Below, one piece after another: positions 14,058 through 26,404 of a DNA stretch of 64,000 nucleotides (positions are counted from its first letter, which is position 1; each line of letters begins with the position of its first letter). Under the pieces are notes generated by a model, which was not told the DNA's origin, ran no database searches, and was given only the letters and a program-made list of their open reading frames with translations. The position numbers and the translations under genes are program-made. Source of the DNA: Octopus sinensis (lineage: Eukaryota); contig NC_043017.1 in NCBI RefSeq assembly GCF_006345805.1, positions 21,948,001-22,012,000 on the forward strand, in the 5' to 3' direction.

Positions 14058-15174
14058 AGAAAGAGAGAGAGCTTATTTAACGCCTTGTATTTGCTGCCCA
14101 TGAATTTTTCTCAGTGTCATCTTGACAATTCCCTGACATAAAGTTTGATGGAATAGAATCAAACAGCAAATCCAAGCTCCATCCAATATAATACAACCGA
14201 CCACCTCTCATACAACAGATATATTAACGAGTAATCCTTATCCTAATGATCATAATTAGCATCATTGTGATTGTCATTTTGATCCTTATCATTATCCCAA
14301 TCATCACTCCCTTTGTTGCAGTTGCTGCCATTATTACTTTTATTATCGATATTATCAATATTATTATTATTGTTGTTGTTGCTATATGTAATATTTTTGT
14401 GGGATTAATTATTTATTATTTTATATAGATGAGGCATTTAAGCTGTAATTACATTCTGTAGAAAAGGTATTATTTATTTGTTTAATTATTTATGTATTTA
14501 TTTATTTGATTAATTAATTACTTATTGCTCTTTTTTTTTTGCTTGTTTTAATTTTGTGTTTTACTTTGACTAATTTTCTTGTGTGGAGATTTCTTTTCTA
14601 TCCACTCCACCCCCATACACACACACATACAACTGCATGCCAGAATTTGGTAGACATAAGCTGGAAATGAGCGTCATTTCACCGACAATACAATTTATTC
14701 ACATTAATTATGCAATTGACAAAATCTCATTTTCTAGCATGTGATGCCTCACTTTCTAAAACAGATTTATTTTGCTTCTATTATTTTATATTATGTCTAC
14801 CAGGAAATTTTAGAATACTGCAACAGCTTTGCGCATCTTAAGCTTGCTTCTCAATCCAGTGGTTCTGGGTTCAATCTCACTATTGCAGCACCATGGGAGG
14901 ATGTCATTTGCTTTAACTTCTGGCTAACTGAACTTTGCGATACATTGTGAGTGAAACTAGGTTAATGAGAACTATGCTGAAGCCTGTTGTATGACAGTGG
15001 CCATGCTGGAGCACTGCCTTGAATAAATTGACCCAGTATTTATTCTTTGGAAGCCTAGTACTTATTCTATCGGTCTCTTTTGCTGAACTGCTAAGTTACG
15101 GGGATGTAAACACACCAGCATCGGTTGTCAAGCGATGTTGGGGTGGGGGAACAAACACAGACACACAAACATAT

Positions 15175-15242
<68 letters not shown>

Positions 15243-16554
15243 GTCTGTGTTTGTCCCCGTAGCATTGTTTGACAACTGATGCTGGTGTGTTTACGTCCCC
15301 GTCACTTAGCAGTTCGGCAAAAGAGACTGATAGAATAAGTACTAGGCTTACAAAGAATAAGCCCCGGGGTCGATTTGCTCGACTAAAGGCGGTGCTCCAG
15401 CATGGCCGCAGTCAAATGACTGAAACAAGTAAAAGAGAGAAAGAGAGAGAGCTTATTTAACGCCTTGTATTTGCTGCCCATGAATTTTTCTCAGTGTCAT
15501 CTTGACAATTCCCTGACATAAAGTTTGATGGAATAGAATCAAACAGCAAATCCAAGCTCCATCCAATATAATACAACCGACCACCTCTCATACAACAGAT
15601 ATATTAACGAGTAATCCTTATCCTAATGATCATAATTAGCATCATTGTGATTGTCATTTTGATCCTTATCATTATCCCAATCATCACTCCCTTTGTTGCA
15701 GTTGCTGCCATTATTACTTTTATTATCGATATTATCAATATTATTATTATTGTTGTTGTTGCTATATGTAATATTTTTGTGGGATTAATTATTTATTATT
15801 TTATATAGATGAGGCATTTAAGCTGTAATTACATTCTGTAGAAAAGGTATTATTTATTTGTTTAATTATTTATGTATTTATTTATTTGATTAATTAATTA
15901 CTTATTGCTCTTTTTTTTTTGCTTGTTTTAATTTTGTGTTTTACTTTGACTAATTTTCTTGTGTGGAGATTTCTTTTCTATCCACTCCACCCCCATACAC
16001 ACACACATACAACTGCATGCCAGAATTTGGTAGACATAAGCTGGAAATGAGCGTCATTTCACCGACAATACAATTTATTCACATTAATTATGCAATTGAC
16101 AAAATCTCATTTTCTAGCATGTGATGCCTCACTTTCTAAAACAGATTTATTTTGCTTCTATTATTTTATATTATGTCTACCAGGAAATTTTAGAATACTG
16201 CAACAGCTTTGCGCATCTTAAGCTTGCTTCTCAATCCAGTGGTTCTGGGTTCAATCTCACTATTGCAGCACCATGGGAGGATGTCATTTGCTTTAACTTC
16301 TGGCTAACTGAACTTTGCGATACATTGTGAGTGAAACTAGGTTAATGAGAACTATGCTGAAGCCTGTTGTATGACAGTGGCCATGCTGGAGCACTGCCTT
16401 GAATAAATTGACCCAGTATTTATTCTTTGGAAGCCTAGTACTTATTCTATCGGTCTCTTTTGCTGAACTGCTAAGTTACGGGGATGTAAACACACCAGCA
16501 TCGGTTGTCAAGCGATGTTGGGGTGGGGGAACAAACACAGACACACAAACATAT

Positions 16555-16585
<31 letters not shown>
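13807..16585. repeat. Apparently perfect tandem duplication, 1380 bp unit x2
   Basis: Sequence lines repeat at offset 1380; ORFs 13889/15269, 14246/15626, 14741/16121 and 15019/16399; both junctions lie in (TA)n. Confidence 0.95.
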
Positions 16586-16893
16586 CAGGGTGTCCCAAAA
16601 AAATGTATACACACCTTAAATAATTGTAAATTTGTTATTCTTTGTAAGCCTAGTACTTATTCTATCGTTCTCTTTTGCCGAACCACTATGTGTATACATT
16701 TTTTGGGGACACCCTGTATATACATATATACGACAGGCTTCTTTCAGTTTCTGTCTACCAAATCCACTCACAGGGCTTTGGTCAGCCTGAGGCTATAGTA
16801 GAAGACACTTGCCCAAGGTACCATGCAGTGGGAATGAAGCTGGAACCATGTGGCTGGTAAGCAAGCTACTTACCACACAGCCACTCCTGTGCC
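16372..16893 (-). mobile_element. SINE family A with a MITE inserted in its (TA)n core
   Basis: 3' half 16372-16585, 5' half 16717-16893 ending cttaccacacagccactcctgtgc. Confidence 0.9.
16586..16716. mobile_element. 131 bp Tc1/mariner-type MITE
   Basis: TA|CAGGGTGTCCCAAAAAAATGTATACACA ... TGTGTATACATTTTTTGGGGACACCCTG|TA: 28 bp TIR with 1 mismatch and TA target duplication. Confidence 0.92.
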
Positions 16894-17169
16894 TATACCA
16901 TTGGAAATTTTTTTTTTAAGAAAAGGAAGGACAGCCAAGCATCTGCATTTTATTTTCCATTATTTGTTATGCTCCATGTTAATCTAATTAAGGTCCCACT
17001 TTGCTCAAAGCCCTTAGTGAATCAAGATCCAGGCCTTGACTCGAAACTGCATTGTTTCTCAGAGTGGGGTGCAGAACCTACTGGTGGGGAATGGCAACAT
17101 TGTAGAAGGTTTATAGGTTGCAACAGAACGGGGCATAAATAACTGTTCTGGCTCTTTGTGTCCTCGGAT

Positions 17170-17725
17170 CTTGTGTTAAACTGGGAACAAACATATGAGA
17201 AACTGCTTATGAAATGCTCCAGACCAGTTATGGATTAACTTTTTTGCTGGCACGAGAAGTTCAGGTGTGACAGAGAGGAGGTGAGAGATGATGAGTTATG
17301 GAAGGGAGAAGGATGTCAGAACATTATATCTGGTTGAGGAAATTTGCAATTTTCTGGATAAAGACTGTTGTGTGTCTACAAAGATAATAAGCATGCAGTT
17401 TAAAGTTTGTGTGGTAACTGTACACAGAATTATTCATGAAGATCCGAACATGAAGGAATTTGTGCTAAGTTTTGTTCTTAAGGGTCTTCAGTGATGAGTA
17501 TCCTGGTAACCAACTACTTGAAAGAGATGGGCATCAGATCTGTCCCTGCTGTCCAGAACTTGCTTCCTGTAAATTTTGGTTATTTTCCAAACTAAAGGAG
17601 AAGACAAAGGAACCTGTGACAAGGGTCCTGGACACCTTTACTTAGAGGGACTTCCATGGGGCTTTCACAAAGGGGCCAGAACACAAGTGCATTGAAGTGA
17701 AAGGGTCCTACTTGGAAGGAGAATG
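17170..17725 (+). pseudogene. Internally deleted, decayed mariner transposase remnant
   Basis: Translates to CVKLG..ETAYEMLQT, VTVHRIIHEDPNM, PELASCKFWLFSKLKEK (SPDLAPCDFWLFPKLK-like) and KCIEVKGSYLEG. Confidence 0.85.
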
Positions 17726-18329
17726 TACTTTGTGTGGGTGTGTGTGTGTGTGTGTCATTAGCAATGTTAAGTTTTAGAGAACATTAGGATTTTTACTAAA
17801 GTAAATAAAATCACTGTGAATTATTTTTTTATCTACAGTCATTTAAAACTTTTAAAAATGGTTTGTAATAATAAAAAAAAGAAGTTATCTATGAAGGTGA
17901 ATGTTTCTGCTGGACAGGACTAATGAATGGTAACTTGGACACAATAAAAGTAATTAGAAAATAGAATGGAGTTATTAATTGTGAAAATACAAAGTTTACA
18001 ATCTAATAAGATTTTGACGAAGATGAATAACGATGACAAAGATGATAATTACAATGGTAGCAAGAAAGAAGAACTGATGTTTAAAATATGATAATGGTGA
18101 TGATAATGATGATGATGATGATGGTGGTGTTGGTGGTGGTGGTGGTCAAGCTTCAGTAATGATAATAATTACAATGAATGAGATGATAAATGTTCCAATT
18201 ATGGTTACTGTAATTAGTGCTGATGATGAAGTGGTGGAGGAGGGTGGTGGGGAAGAAGAATGATAAAAGGAAAATACAACAGTGAAATGGAAGAAAAAGA
18301 TTTTTTTTTTTAATTATGATGTATATGTG

Positions 18330-18585
18330 GAGGCACATGGCCTGATGGTAAGAGTGTAGCCCCCATGATTGCAAGTTCATGGTTTTGATTCCTATATGAG
18401 GCAGTGCAGTGTGTCCTTGAGTAAAACACTTCATTTCATGTTTGCTCCAGTCCATGGGGAACGTTGCCCTACCCACTTAACCAGTGGGTATCCGTCATGT
18501 GAAAGCTACAACAATATGAGGAAATGCACTGTGGCCAGTGGTGTATAACAAAATTTAATAGTCTGGTCGATTCAGTGATACAATG
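18330..18585 (+). mobile_element. SINE family D head with an alternative 3' tail
   Basis: gaggcacatggcctgatgg...gtgtccttgagtaaaacacttcatttcatgtttgctccagtcc followed by a tail unlike that of 7165. Confidence 0.7.
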
Positions 18586-18744
18586 ACGATGCAGGCATGT
18601 CCATCAACACCCTCTCACTCCTTCAACCCTTCCCCCAGGAACAGTGGGTGTAAAAAGGGGGAAAATATGGATGGATGAAGATTATAATTAATACTATCTT
18701 TTCATTCTTTTCTTCTTTTACTCTTTTACTTTTTTTTAGTCAGT

Positions 18745-18940
18745 TGACTGAGGCCGTGCTGGAGCACCACCATACAGGGGTTTTTAGTCAAACAAATCGA
18801 ACCCAGGACTTATTCTTTGTAAGCCAAGTACTTATTCTATCGGTCTCTTTTGCCCAACTGCTAAGTTATGGGGATGTAAACACACCAACATCGGTTGTCA
18901 AGCGATAGTGGCAGGGACACAGCTACAAACACACAAATAT

Positions 18941-18975
<35 letters not shown>

Positions 18976-19132
18976 CAACAGGCTTCCTTCAGTTTCGATC
19001 TACGAAATCCACTCACAAGGCTTTGGTCAGCCCAAGGCTAAAGTAGAAGACACTTGTTCGGGGTGCCACACAGTGGGAGGATTGAACCTAGAAACATGTG
19101 GTTGGGAAGCTAGCTTCTTACCACACAGCCAT
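18745..19132 (-). mobile_element. SINE family A, full length
   Basis: gtcagttgactgaggccgtgctggagcac...cttcagtttcg...cttcttaccacacagccatg. Confidence 0.88.
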
Positions 19133-19303
19133 GTAAAAATCTTTGACAGGTTTGGTTTGACCAATGATTCTCAATTAGGATCCAATGATTCTTGGGCATC
19201 CATTTAAGATCTTGTTGTTAAAATTTGTGAAATAAATTCATTATAATTCAACAATACACAAAATATTTTAATTTTTTTTTTTACGATTCCTAAAAATATT
19301 TAG

Positions 19304-19524
19304 CCCTTTGGCATTTCATGTGGTCATATCTCGCCCAAATATTCTACCTGTTTTACGTTCAATCCAGTCTGATCTGGCCTCTCATGCCTACCCTACAGTG
19401 TCATTCTAGAAATAAACAATCACATCACTGAAATCCCAAAGCTCTGAAATGAACCATAATTAATTTAACACGATATGAATAAATAAGGGATTACATTTGA
19501 CAGAATAATCTGAATGCTAAAGGG
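19304..19524. mobile_element. piggyBac-like MITE (~220 bp)
   Basis: Termini CCCTTTGGCATT...AATGCTAAAGGG with decayed TTAA flanks (TTAG/TTGA); same family at 26062 and 46168. Confidence 0.75.
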
Positions 19525-20526
19525 TTGATTATAGAAATGAAATAGGATTTTCTTTTTCAAGATGGAATCATTATGAGGGTCCATCTGTATGAAACAGGGA
19601 TCAAAGGGATCGAGGGAAAAAGAATGGTTGAAAAACAGTGGGTTAGACTGCGATATGCTGATGAGGTCAAAAGGACAGAAACATACCCCTTGTCTGCAAA
19701 CAAGTATCAAACGTCCCCTACAAATCCCATGAAGGGGATGCCGAAGGACTTAACCCCCATGATTCTTCAAAAAATAGGGGACAGTGAAAATGGATGGATG
19801 GATGGATGGATTATCAATCAGGTCTGAAGAATAATTTTTGCAGCAATGATAGTAAGTTTAAATGATGTGATAGGCAACATTATGTTTATTTTCAAGATGT
19901 CACCTCGCCTGCATGTTTATAAAAGAAAGGTGATTATAAAACAAAAGCTAGCAAAACCAAAGTGAAGACACTCAAAACAATATAAACCTTTCTTGCCAGC
20001 CTACAAAATGTTGTTTCTGGCATGTTGGGAAAATAAAATAAAAAGATTGCAATGAAACAGTAAAATGTTAGCAAATACCTTTCTTCCCCACAAAGGTAAC
20101 ACAATGCTATAATGAAATGTAACAAGATATATGCTGTTTGTATTGTCAAAGGAATTCTATCAGAATGCCTTAAAATTTCGAATTTTATGTGAAATCATGA
20201 ATCATTCTAAATGTTTAAACATTTAATTTTCTTTGTATAAACGTGTGTGTGTGTGTATGTGTGCATATGTGCACATAAAGCTATAAGCATACATAACGTA
20301 CATATATAGAAGCATACAGATACGTATGCATGTTATGCATACCTACAGGTATGCATATTTACATGCATACACACACACGCATGTATATACATGCACACAC
20401 ATACATGTATGCTCATATACATTTTATATGCATATATGTAGGCATAAATCAAAGTGGGATTTTATATATGCGTATATGTTCATATGTGTGTGTTTGTATA
20501 TGTATATATATTTATGTATGTGTGTG

Positions 20527-20601
<75 letters not shown>

Positions 20602-21239
20602 ATATATATATGTATGTATATGTATATATATATATACATATGTATATATATATGTGTGTGTGTGTGTGTGTATGTGTATGTATGTATGTATGTTGCTATG
20701 TATATGTATATACATACATACATACATACATACATACATACATACACATTTTGACAATAAAACAACAAAACAACACCAATAATCATAAAGATTGATACAA
20801 ATATTACAATTCAGAATGGTGGTTGTCTTTTTGTCTCCAAGACTTAAAAATTCTTTTACACATTCCCAAGTTTTTCAATGGTGACAGTGAAGCAATTTTT
20901 ATTACTGCCTTTTTTTTTTAAAATTTCATTATATTCTATTTTATTTCATCTTATTTATTTGTTTATTTTTTTATTTATTTTTTTCACAGTTCTCAGCATC
21001 TGCGAAATGTCTCTATCTGTTAGGTTTACGTTAATCAACGCTGATGTATCCTAAAATTCTTTAGACAGAACACAAAAGCAAGCAACTGAGGTAAATTTTT
21101 ATTTTAATGAAGACAACAGCCAATAACAGAGGAAACGACAAATCACCAGGAGGGCTTTGAGCACAACAAAAGAAATGTTTGTTTCTGTAAGAAATACGAA
21201 CAAGCAAACAAGCCATGTGAAGAAACATCAAAATAATGA

Positions 21240-21388
21240 TGCAGGAGTGGCTGTGTGGTAAGTAGCTTGCTTACCAACCACACAGTTCTGGGTTCAGTCC
21301 TACTGCATGGCACCTTAGGCAAGTGTCTTCTACTATAGGCTCAGGCTGACAAAAAGTGTTGTGAGTGTATTTCGTCGATGGAAACTGA
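21240..21388 (+). mobile_element. SINE family A, 5' part
   Basis: gcaggagtggctgtgtggtaagtagc...gatggaaactga. Confidence 0.85.
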
Positions 21389-21390
21389 GT

Positions 21391-21639
21391 CTAATGTCTT
21401 GGAGGTGCTCCACAAACAATTCAGCTGAGCAGCGTCCCATTTGACCGATGTACAGAGAAGGACAGGAAGAGTAGGATATACAGTAAATGACATTGCTAGA
21501 AGTTCAGGAAAAGGAGTCAGTGATATAATTGAGATGATGATGGGTGCCTGTGAGGATGGTGGTGTTGGAGAAGTAGGGGCAAGTGCAGCAGCATAGGTGG
21601 GAACAGGGGAAAGGGCCAGGTTGGGAGGTTGGGAAGTAG
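21391..21639 (-). pseudogene. Penelope-like element GIY-YIG endonuclease remnant
   Basis: One frame with one stop: PGPFPCSHLCCCTCPYFSNTTILTG...DSFS*TSSNVIYCISYSSCPSLYIGQMGRCSAELFVEHLQDI (Cys cluster, VIY...YIG, EH motifs). Confidence 0.9.
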
Positions 21640-21649
21640 TTATTTTATC

Positions 21650-21763
21650 AACTCCAAAAAGATGAAAGGTTAAGTTGACCTCGGCAGAATTTGAACTCAG
21701 ATGGACGAAATGTTGCTAAGCATTTTGCCCATCATTTTAACGGTTCTGCCAGCTTGCCGCCTT
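21650..21763 (-). mobile_element. SINE family C, 5' part
   Basis: gatgaaaggt...gacctcggcagaatttgaactcag...tgccagcttgccgcctt. Confidence 0.85.
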
Positions 21764-22538
21764 AATAATAATAATAATTATACAGCCAGACAGACAGAGC
21801 GATAGATAGGTGGATATGTAAGCATTCAGTGTAGAAATCCTATTAAAAATTTCTATCTTTCAAAATGCTTCCTCGTCTCTTAAGCAAGATTACCAAACGT
21901 CACGTAGATCAAATAATTTTATAAAAAATGGTAAAATTTAATTCTTTATTAAATATTTCCACAGTATTTATTAAATATTTCCACAGTACACTGTCAACCA
22001 TCGTCTGAGATGCTTGGCATTTATCTTAGTAGTCTTTTCTAAATGATTTCTGTATTCAACTCACACTCTCTATTACTCTATAAAAGACAGGTAAAGTACC
22101 TAAGTACCATAATAGTAAAGGTGACACAAGAAGCAACAGAGAAAGAATTATATAGAAGAATTCGATGAGTGTTGACTAAAGATGGTTTAAAGATCAACAG
22201 AAGAGATCTTTTTGTTTTTATCTATTTTTGAATAAAAGCCAGCTTTGGTTTATTTCTACTAATTCTGGTAAGTGTTTTGAGATTTTTGAACGATACAGAC
22301 AGCAATATTACTACACATAGAATTATGAAAACTGGAAAATTTTTCATACATAAGCTTCCAATCGAAACAGAGAAATGGTAAAATGCTTTCAGAAATGTTG
22401 TCTCTAGACAATAACTGCAACTTAATTTTAGACCTAAATTAAGACAAAACTAAAGTTATTGTTTGTTTCAATGGAGAATTTTAAATAATTAAATTAATAA
22501 TAGAACAGTCAATATGGATTTGTAAACACAGCAATGTG

Positions 22539-22572
<34 letters not shown>

Positions 22573-22785
22573 CATTATATATTATATGTAGTTTCAGGCA
22601 GACGTGTGTATATGTATATATAATACTAAATGTGTGGAATGTATATTGTTGCGTAATCAAGCATGTACACAACTTCACAAACACACACACACACATATAT
22701 ACAAACACATATATACATATGAATATTTGTAGAATACATTTGTGTATATTATAAATACACACATACATATACATACATAGATATG

Positions 22786-22816
<31 letters not shown>

Positions 22817-23702
22817 TACATATATATATACATACATATCTATCCATATATAAACACACACATAGATATATATGTACATATACATACATACATACAAACA
22901 TAAATGTATACATATGTGTGTGGACATGAGCATGTGTGTGCATATACATACATATATGTATATATATATATATATACCTAAGTATGTATATATATATATG
23001 TATAGTACTATATATATATATACAAACAAACACACACACACACACCTATATATATATATATATACACAGATGCACATATATAATTTTTAAAGTAAATTCA
23101 GTTATACAATGTAAAATATGCAAATATGTGAATTTTAGTTCATACATGCATATATGTATAGATACATATATACACACATGCTTGATATGTGTGAGTATGA
23201 TAACACACATACAAGGATATATATATGTGTGTGTGTATATATTTTAGATCCACCCTGTAAATGTTGAATCAATATGTCATCTTAGCAACAGTTTTGCAGT
23301 TCTGGCCATAAATTCACGTGGCTAGTTAGCACTGTTTTACCGATTTTATTTCAGTCCTATGATGACCGCAACTGAAGTTTGTCATGTACAGCTATAAGTT
23401 AATGGCAGGACGGATATGGATACGTTAACAGCTTTACACAAATGATTTATACTTTCTTGCATAGATACAGAGACATTCAGTGTTTATCACAAATATCATA
23501 TAAAATAGGGAGACAGAGAAAAAGATACATATATATATATATATATATAATATATATATGTATGTATGTATGTATATATAAATACACACATACAGATATA
23601 TGTATATATATATATGTTTATATATATAATATATATATTTATATATACACACACAAACACATGCACATATATAGATATGTGTATATCTATTTATCTATAT
23701 AT

Positions 23703-23738
<36 letters not shown>

Positions 23739-23740
23739 CT

Positions 23741-23927
23741 GGAGTAAACACATAAATGTGAAACAAGGTGGAAAAAGGAGTACTCAAATACAAGGGGTAG
23801 AGTAATATGCTTTATTTAAAGGCAGCAGAAATTCAACAAAACTGTTACTCTGAGTTTCACGGTCCCGTTTGTGAACGTGAAACTCAGAGTAACAGTTTTG
23901 TTGAATTTCTGCTGCTTTTAAATAAAG
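23741..23927. mobile_element. Probable Penelope-type terminal repeat with a 52 bp inverted duplication
   Basis: Arms 23810-23861 and 23876-23927 (1 mismatch, 14 nt loop); both read outward GAAACTCAGAGTAACAG...AATAAAG; flanked by (TA)n and (TATC)n. Confidence 0.65.
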
Positions 23928-24153
23928 TATCTATCTATCTATCTATCTATATATAATATATATATATATACATAATATATATATATATAGAGAGATAGAT
24001 AGATAGATAGATATTTATATATGTTTATATATATTATATCATAAATATATATATATGCATATATATATTTATATACATGTTTATATACATATGTTTATAT
24101 ATATTTATATATTTATATACACACTCACACGCAGACACACACACACACACACA

Positions 24154-25033
24154 TGTTCGGATTGTCCTTGCACAGGGGCCATCCAGACTCCTGTTTGCAC
24201 CGGGATTAATCTTCTCTCATTGCTCCTTTGCACCACATGGGCTCAACTCTCCTCCCCTCTCCTATCACTCCTTCACACCTACTTCCTCCCACCTCTCCTC
24301 TCTTGCTCTCACTCCCACTTCTCTTCACTCCTACTCTCCCTCTCTCTTCGCTTCATTCCCCCCCACCTTCTCCCTTCTCCCTTCATCATAACACCTCCCT
24401 CGTAACCCTACCCCACCCCTACACAATCCAACCCGACCTTCACTATCCATCCCATCCCACACCACCCCATCATTCACACCCACTCTCACATATCCCCACC
24501 TCTACCCCCACCCTCAGCTTAACCCACACCCAACCCTTGCTTTCCCCACTCTCACCTCCCCACCTCCCAATACCATCACACTACACCATACACCACTACA
24601 CCACCATAACATACAATGCCACATCACACCACACCACCATGCACACACTAGCACTGTCCACTTCCCAGCCCCACATTCACAAACCTACACATACACATAC
24701 GCACACGGCAAGGTCACCAGCCCTCTTCTACATGCACATACATACTCTCTTATAAACATGCACGCACACCTTCATTTTGGGATCACCACTACTTTATTAT
24801 TTCCCCTTCTTCCTAGCTCTCCTGTGTGACCCCTCTGTCTGGCATTCGCCATGATAGATTGCTAGCCACTAAACATTCTTTATTTTCTCACCTTGTTTCT
24901 TCCTGTGTTCCTTTCTGTGGAAGAACATAGGCTCGAAATGTTAAAGACTTTTTCACTTCCCGAGCATTAAACTAATACATCTGTTTGTTGTCTACATCAC
25001 CTGTCTTCATCTTTTGTTTTTGTGAATTCTCCC
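24154..25033 (+). mobile_element. 3' end of a Penelope-like element: GIY-YIG C-terminus, pyrimidine-rich UTR, terminal repeat
   Basis: FGLSLHRGHPDSCLHR / LIFSHCSFAPHGLN at 24156-24247; terminal repeat 24845-25033 is homologous to 29279-29470 and ends at (TA)n. Confidence 0.8.
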
Positions 25034-26061
25034 ACTATATATATATATATATATATAACTAATGTAGGATAAGATTTTTTTCGAAAGAAAAAAATTTTAT
25101 CAATGGCCAGCATATCAAAAAATACCTTTAAAGGTTAAATTTACTAATAACTTATTTTATAAGTTATATATATATATACTCTTTACTCTCTTACTTGTTT
25201 CAGTCATTTGACTATGGCCATGCTGGAGCACTAGCTTTAATCGAGCAAATAGACTCTAGAACTTATTCTTTGTGGGGGGGGGGGTGCTTGTGTGTGAGTG
25301 TTGTGTGAGTTTGTGTATGTGGTGTAGTGTGTGGTGGTGGTGGTGGTAGTTGTGTGTGTGTGTGTGTGTGTTTGTTTATTCTGAAAGAGAGCAAGAGCAA
25401 AGTCAAAGGTGGAATGTGAGAATGTAGTTGCAAAGGTGAGAACAGGTTATTTGTTGTTATAAGAAAACAGTAGAGAGAAGACAGACAGCAGCCTCTGTTG
25501 TTGTTCCTTAACACCAAGACAGACGTGACTGGCAGACCAACGATCAAAGGCATTGCAGGCAGGATCATCCAGATTAGGTTTTTGTTTTCCTTTTTTTTTC
25601 CAGGATTATCTAGGATTACATTATCTAACATGTCCTTGTCTTTCAGACAGTAAAATGTAATTTGAGAAAGATTTGTCTGTTATGTCTAGCAAATCAAGCA
25701 ACCACACAAGAGGGTCTCTCTCATTAGCTTGGATAGACACTAATTTCAACAAAAAAAGTGAGAAATGAAAAAGAAGGAAAAGGAAATATTGACACACCGC
25801 TGAGATAAGTCTATCAAATAGCAGACGTATTATATCACATGACAAAATAGAAAGAGCAGCTGGAAATGTCATGTGACCAGGCAGACAGTTGAATAAAACA
25901 CAATGTTCTTTTCTTTGTTTGTTATGTATTTGTGCTGAGACTGTTGTAATTTCATTCTGTAGTAAGTTGTGTATTATATAACTTAGTTATACAGTTTTAT
26001 ACTAAAGATCATAGGTATGTAATTATATATTAAACATCACAGCTCTATAGTTGAACGTTAA

Positions 26062-26286
26062 CCCTGTAGCATTCAGTTTATTCTGCCAAATGTCATGTTT
26101 ATTTATTCACCTTGTTTTGAATTAATCATGAATTATCTTGTAGTGTCCAGATTTCAGTGATGTTATTTTATTGTTTACATTTAGAGAGCCATTACTGGTT
26201 AGGAGTAAGAGGCTGCATTTGACTGGTTTCAAACATAAAACAGGTTGTATATTTGGACAAGACATGGTTTATTTAAAGGCTAAAGC
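26062..26286. mobile_element. piggyBac-like MITE
   Basis: TTAA|CCCTGTAGCATTCAG start; body is the reverse complement of 19304-19524. Confidence 0.75.
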
Positions 26287-26404
26287 TTTGAACCTCATAG
26301 CTATAGAGTCATATATACTTATAAGCGTGGAATGAGATTATTGTAATGAATATGAGTGCTGTCTCATTATTAATTTAACTAAAGCTGAAAATTTGTTTCT
26401 TTAT

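Noticed and set aside
17011-17060. Stem TCAAG/CTTGA followed by GAAAC…GTT
   Set aside because: The core reads CTTAGTGA and there is no stem I; insufficient for a hammerhead call.
19562-19827. 87-codon frame after a good acceptor (MRVHLYETG…)
   Set aside because: No recognisable family; its 3' part resembles the repeat at ~42690-42790 and runs into a (GATG)n tail.
23240-23258. Isolated CACCCTG|TA transposon-end motif
   Set aside because: No partner TIR or transposase sequence nearby.
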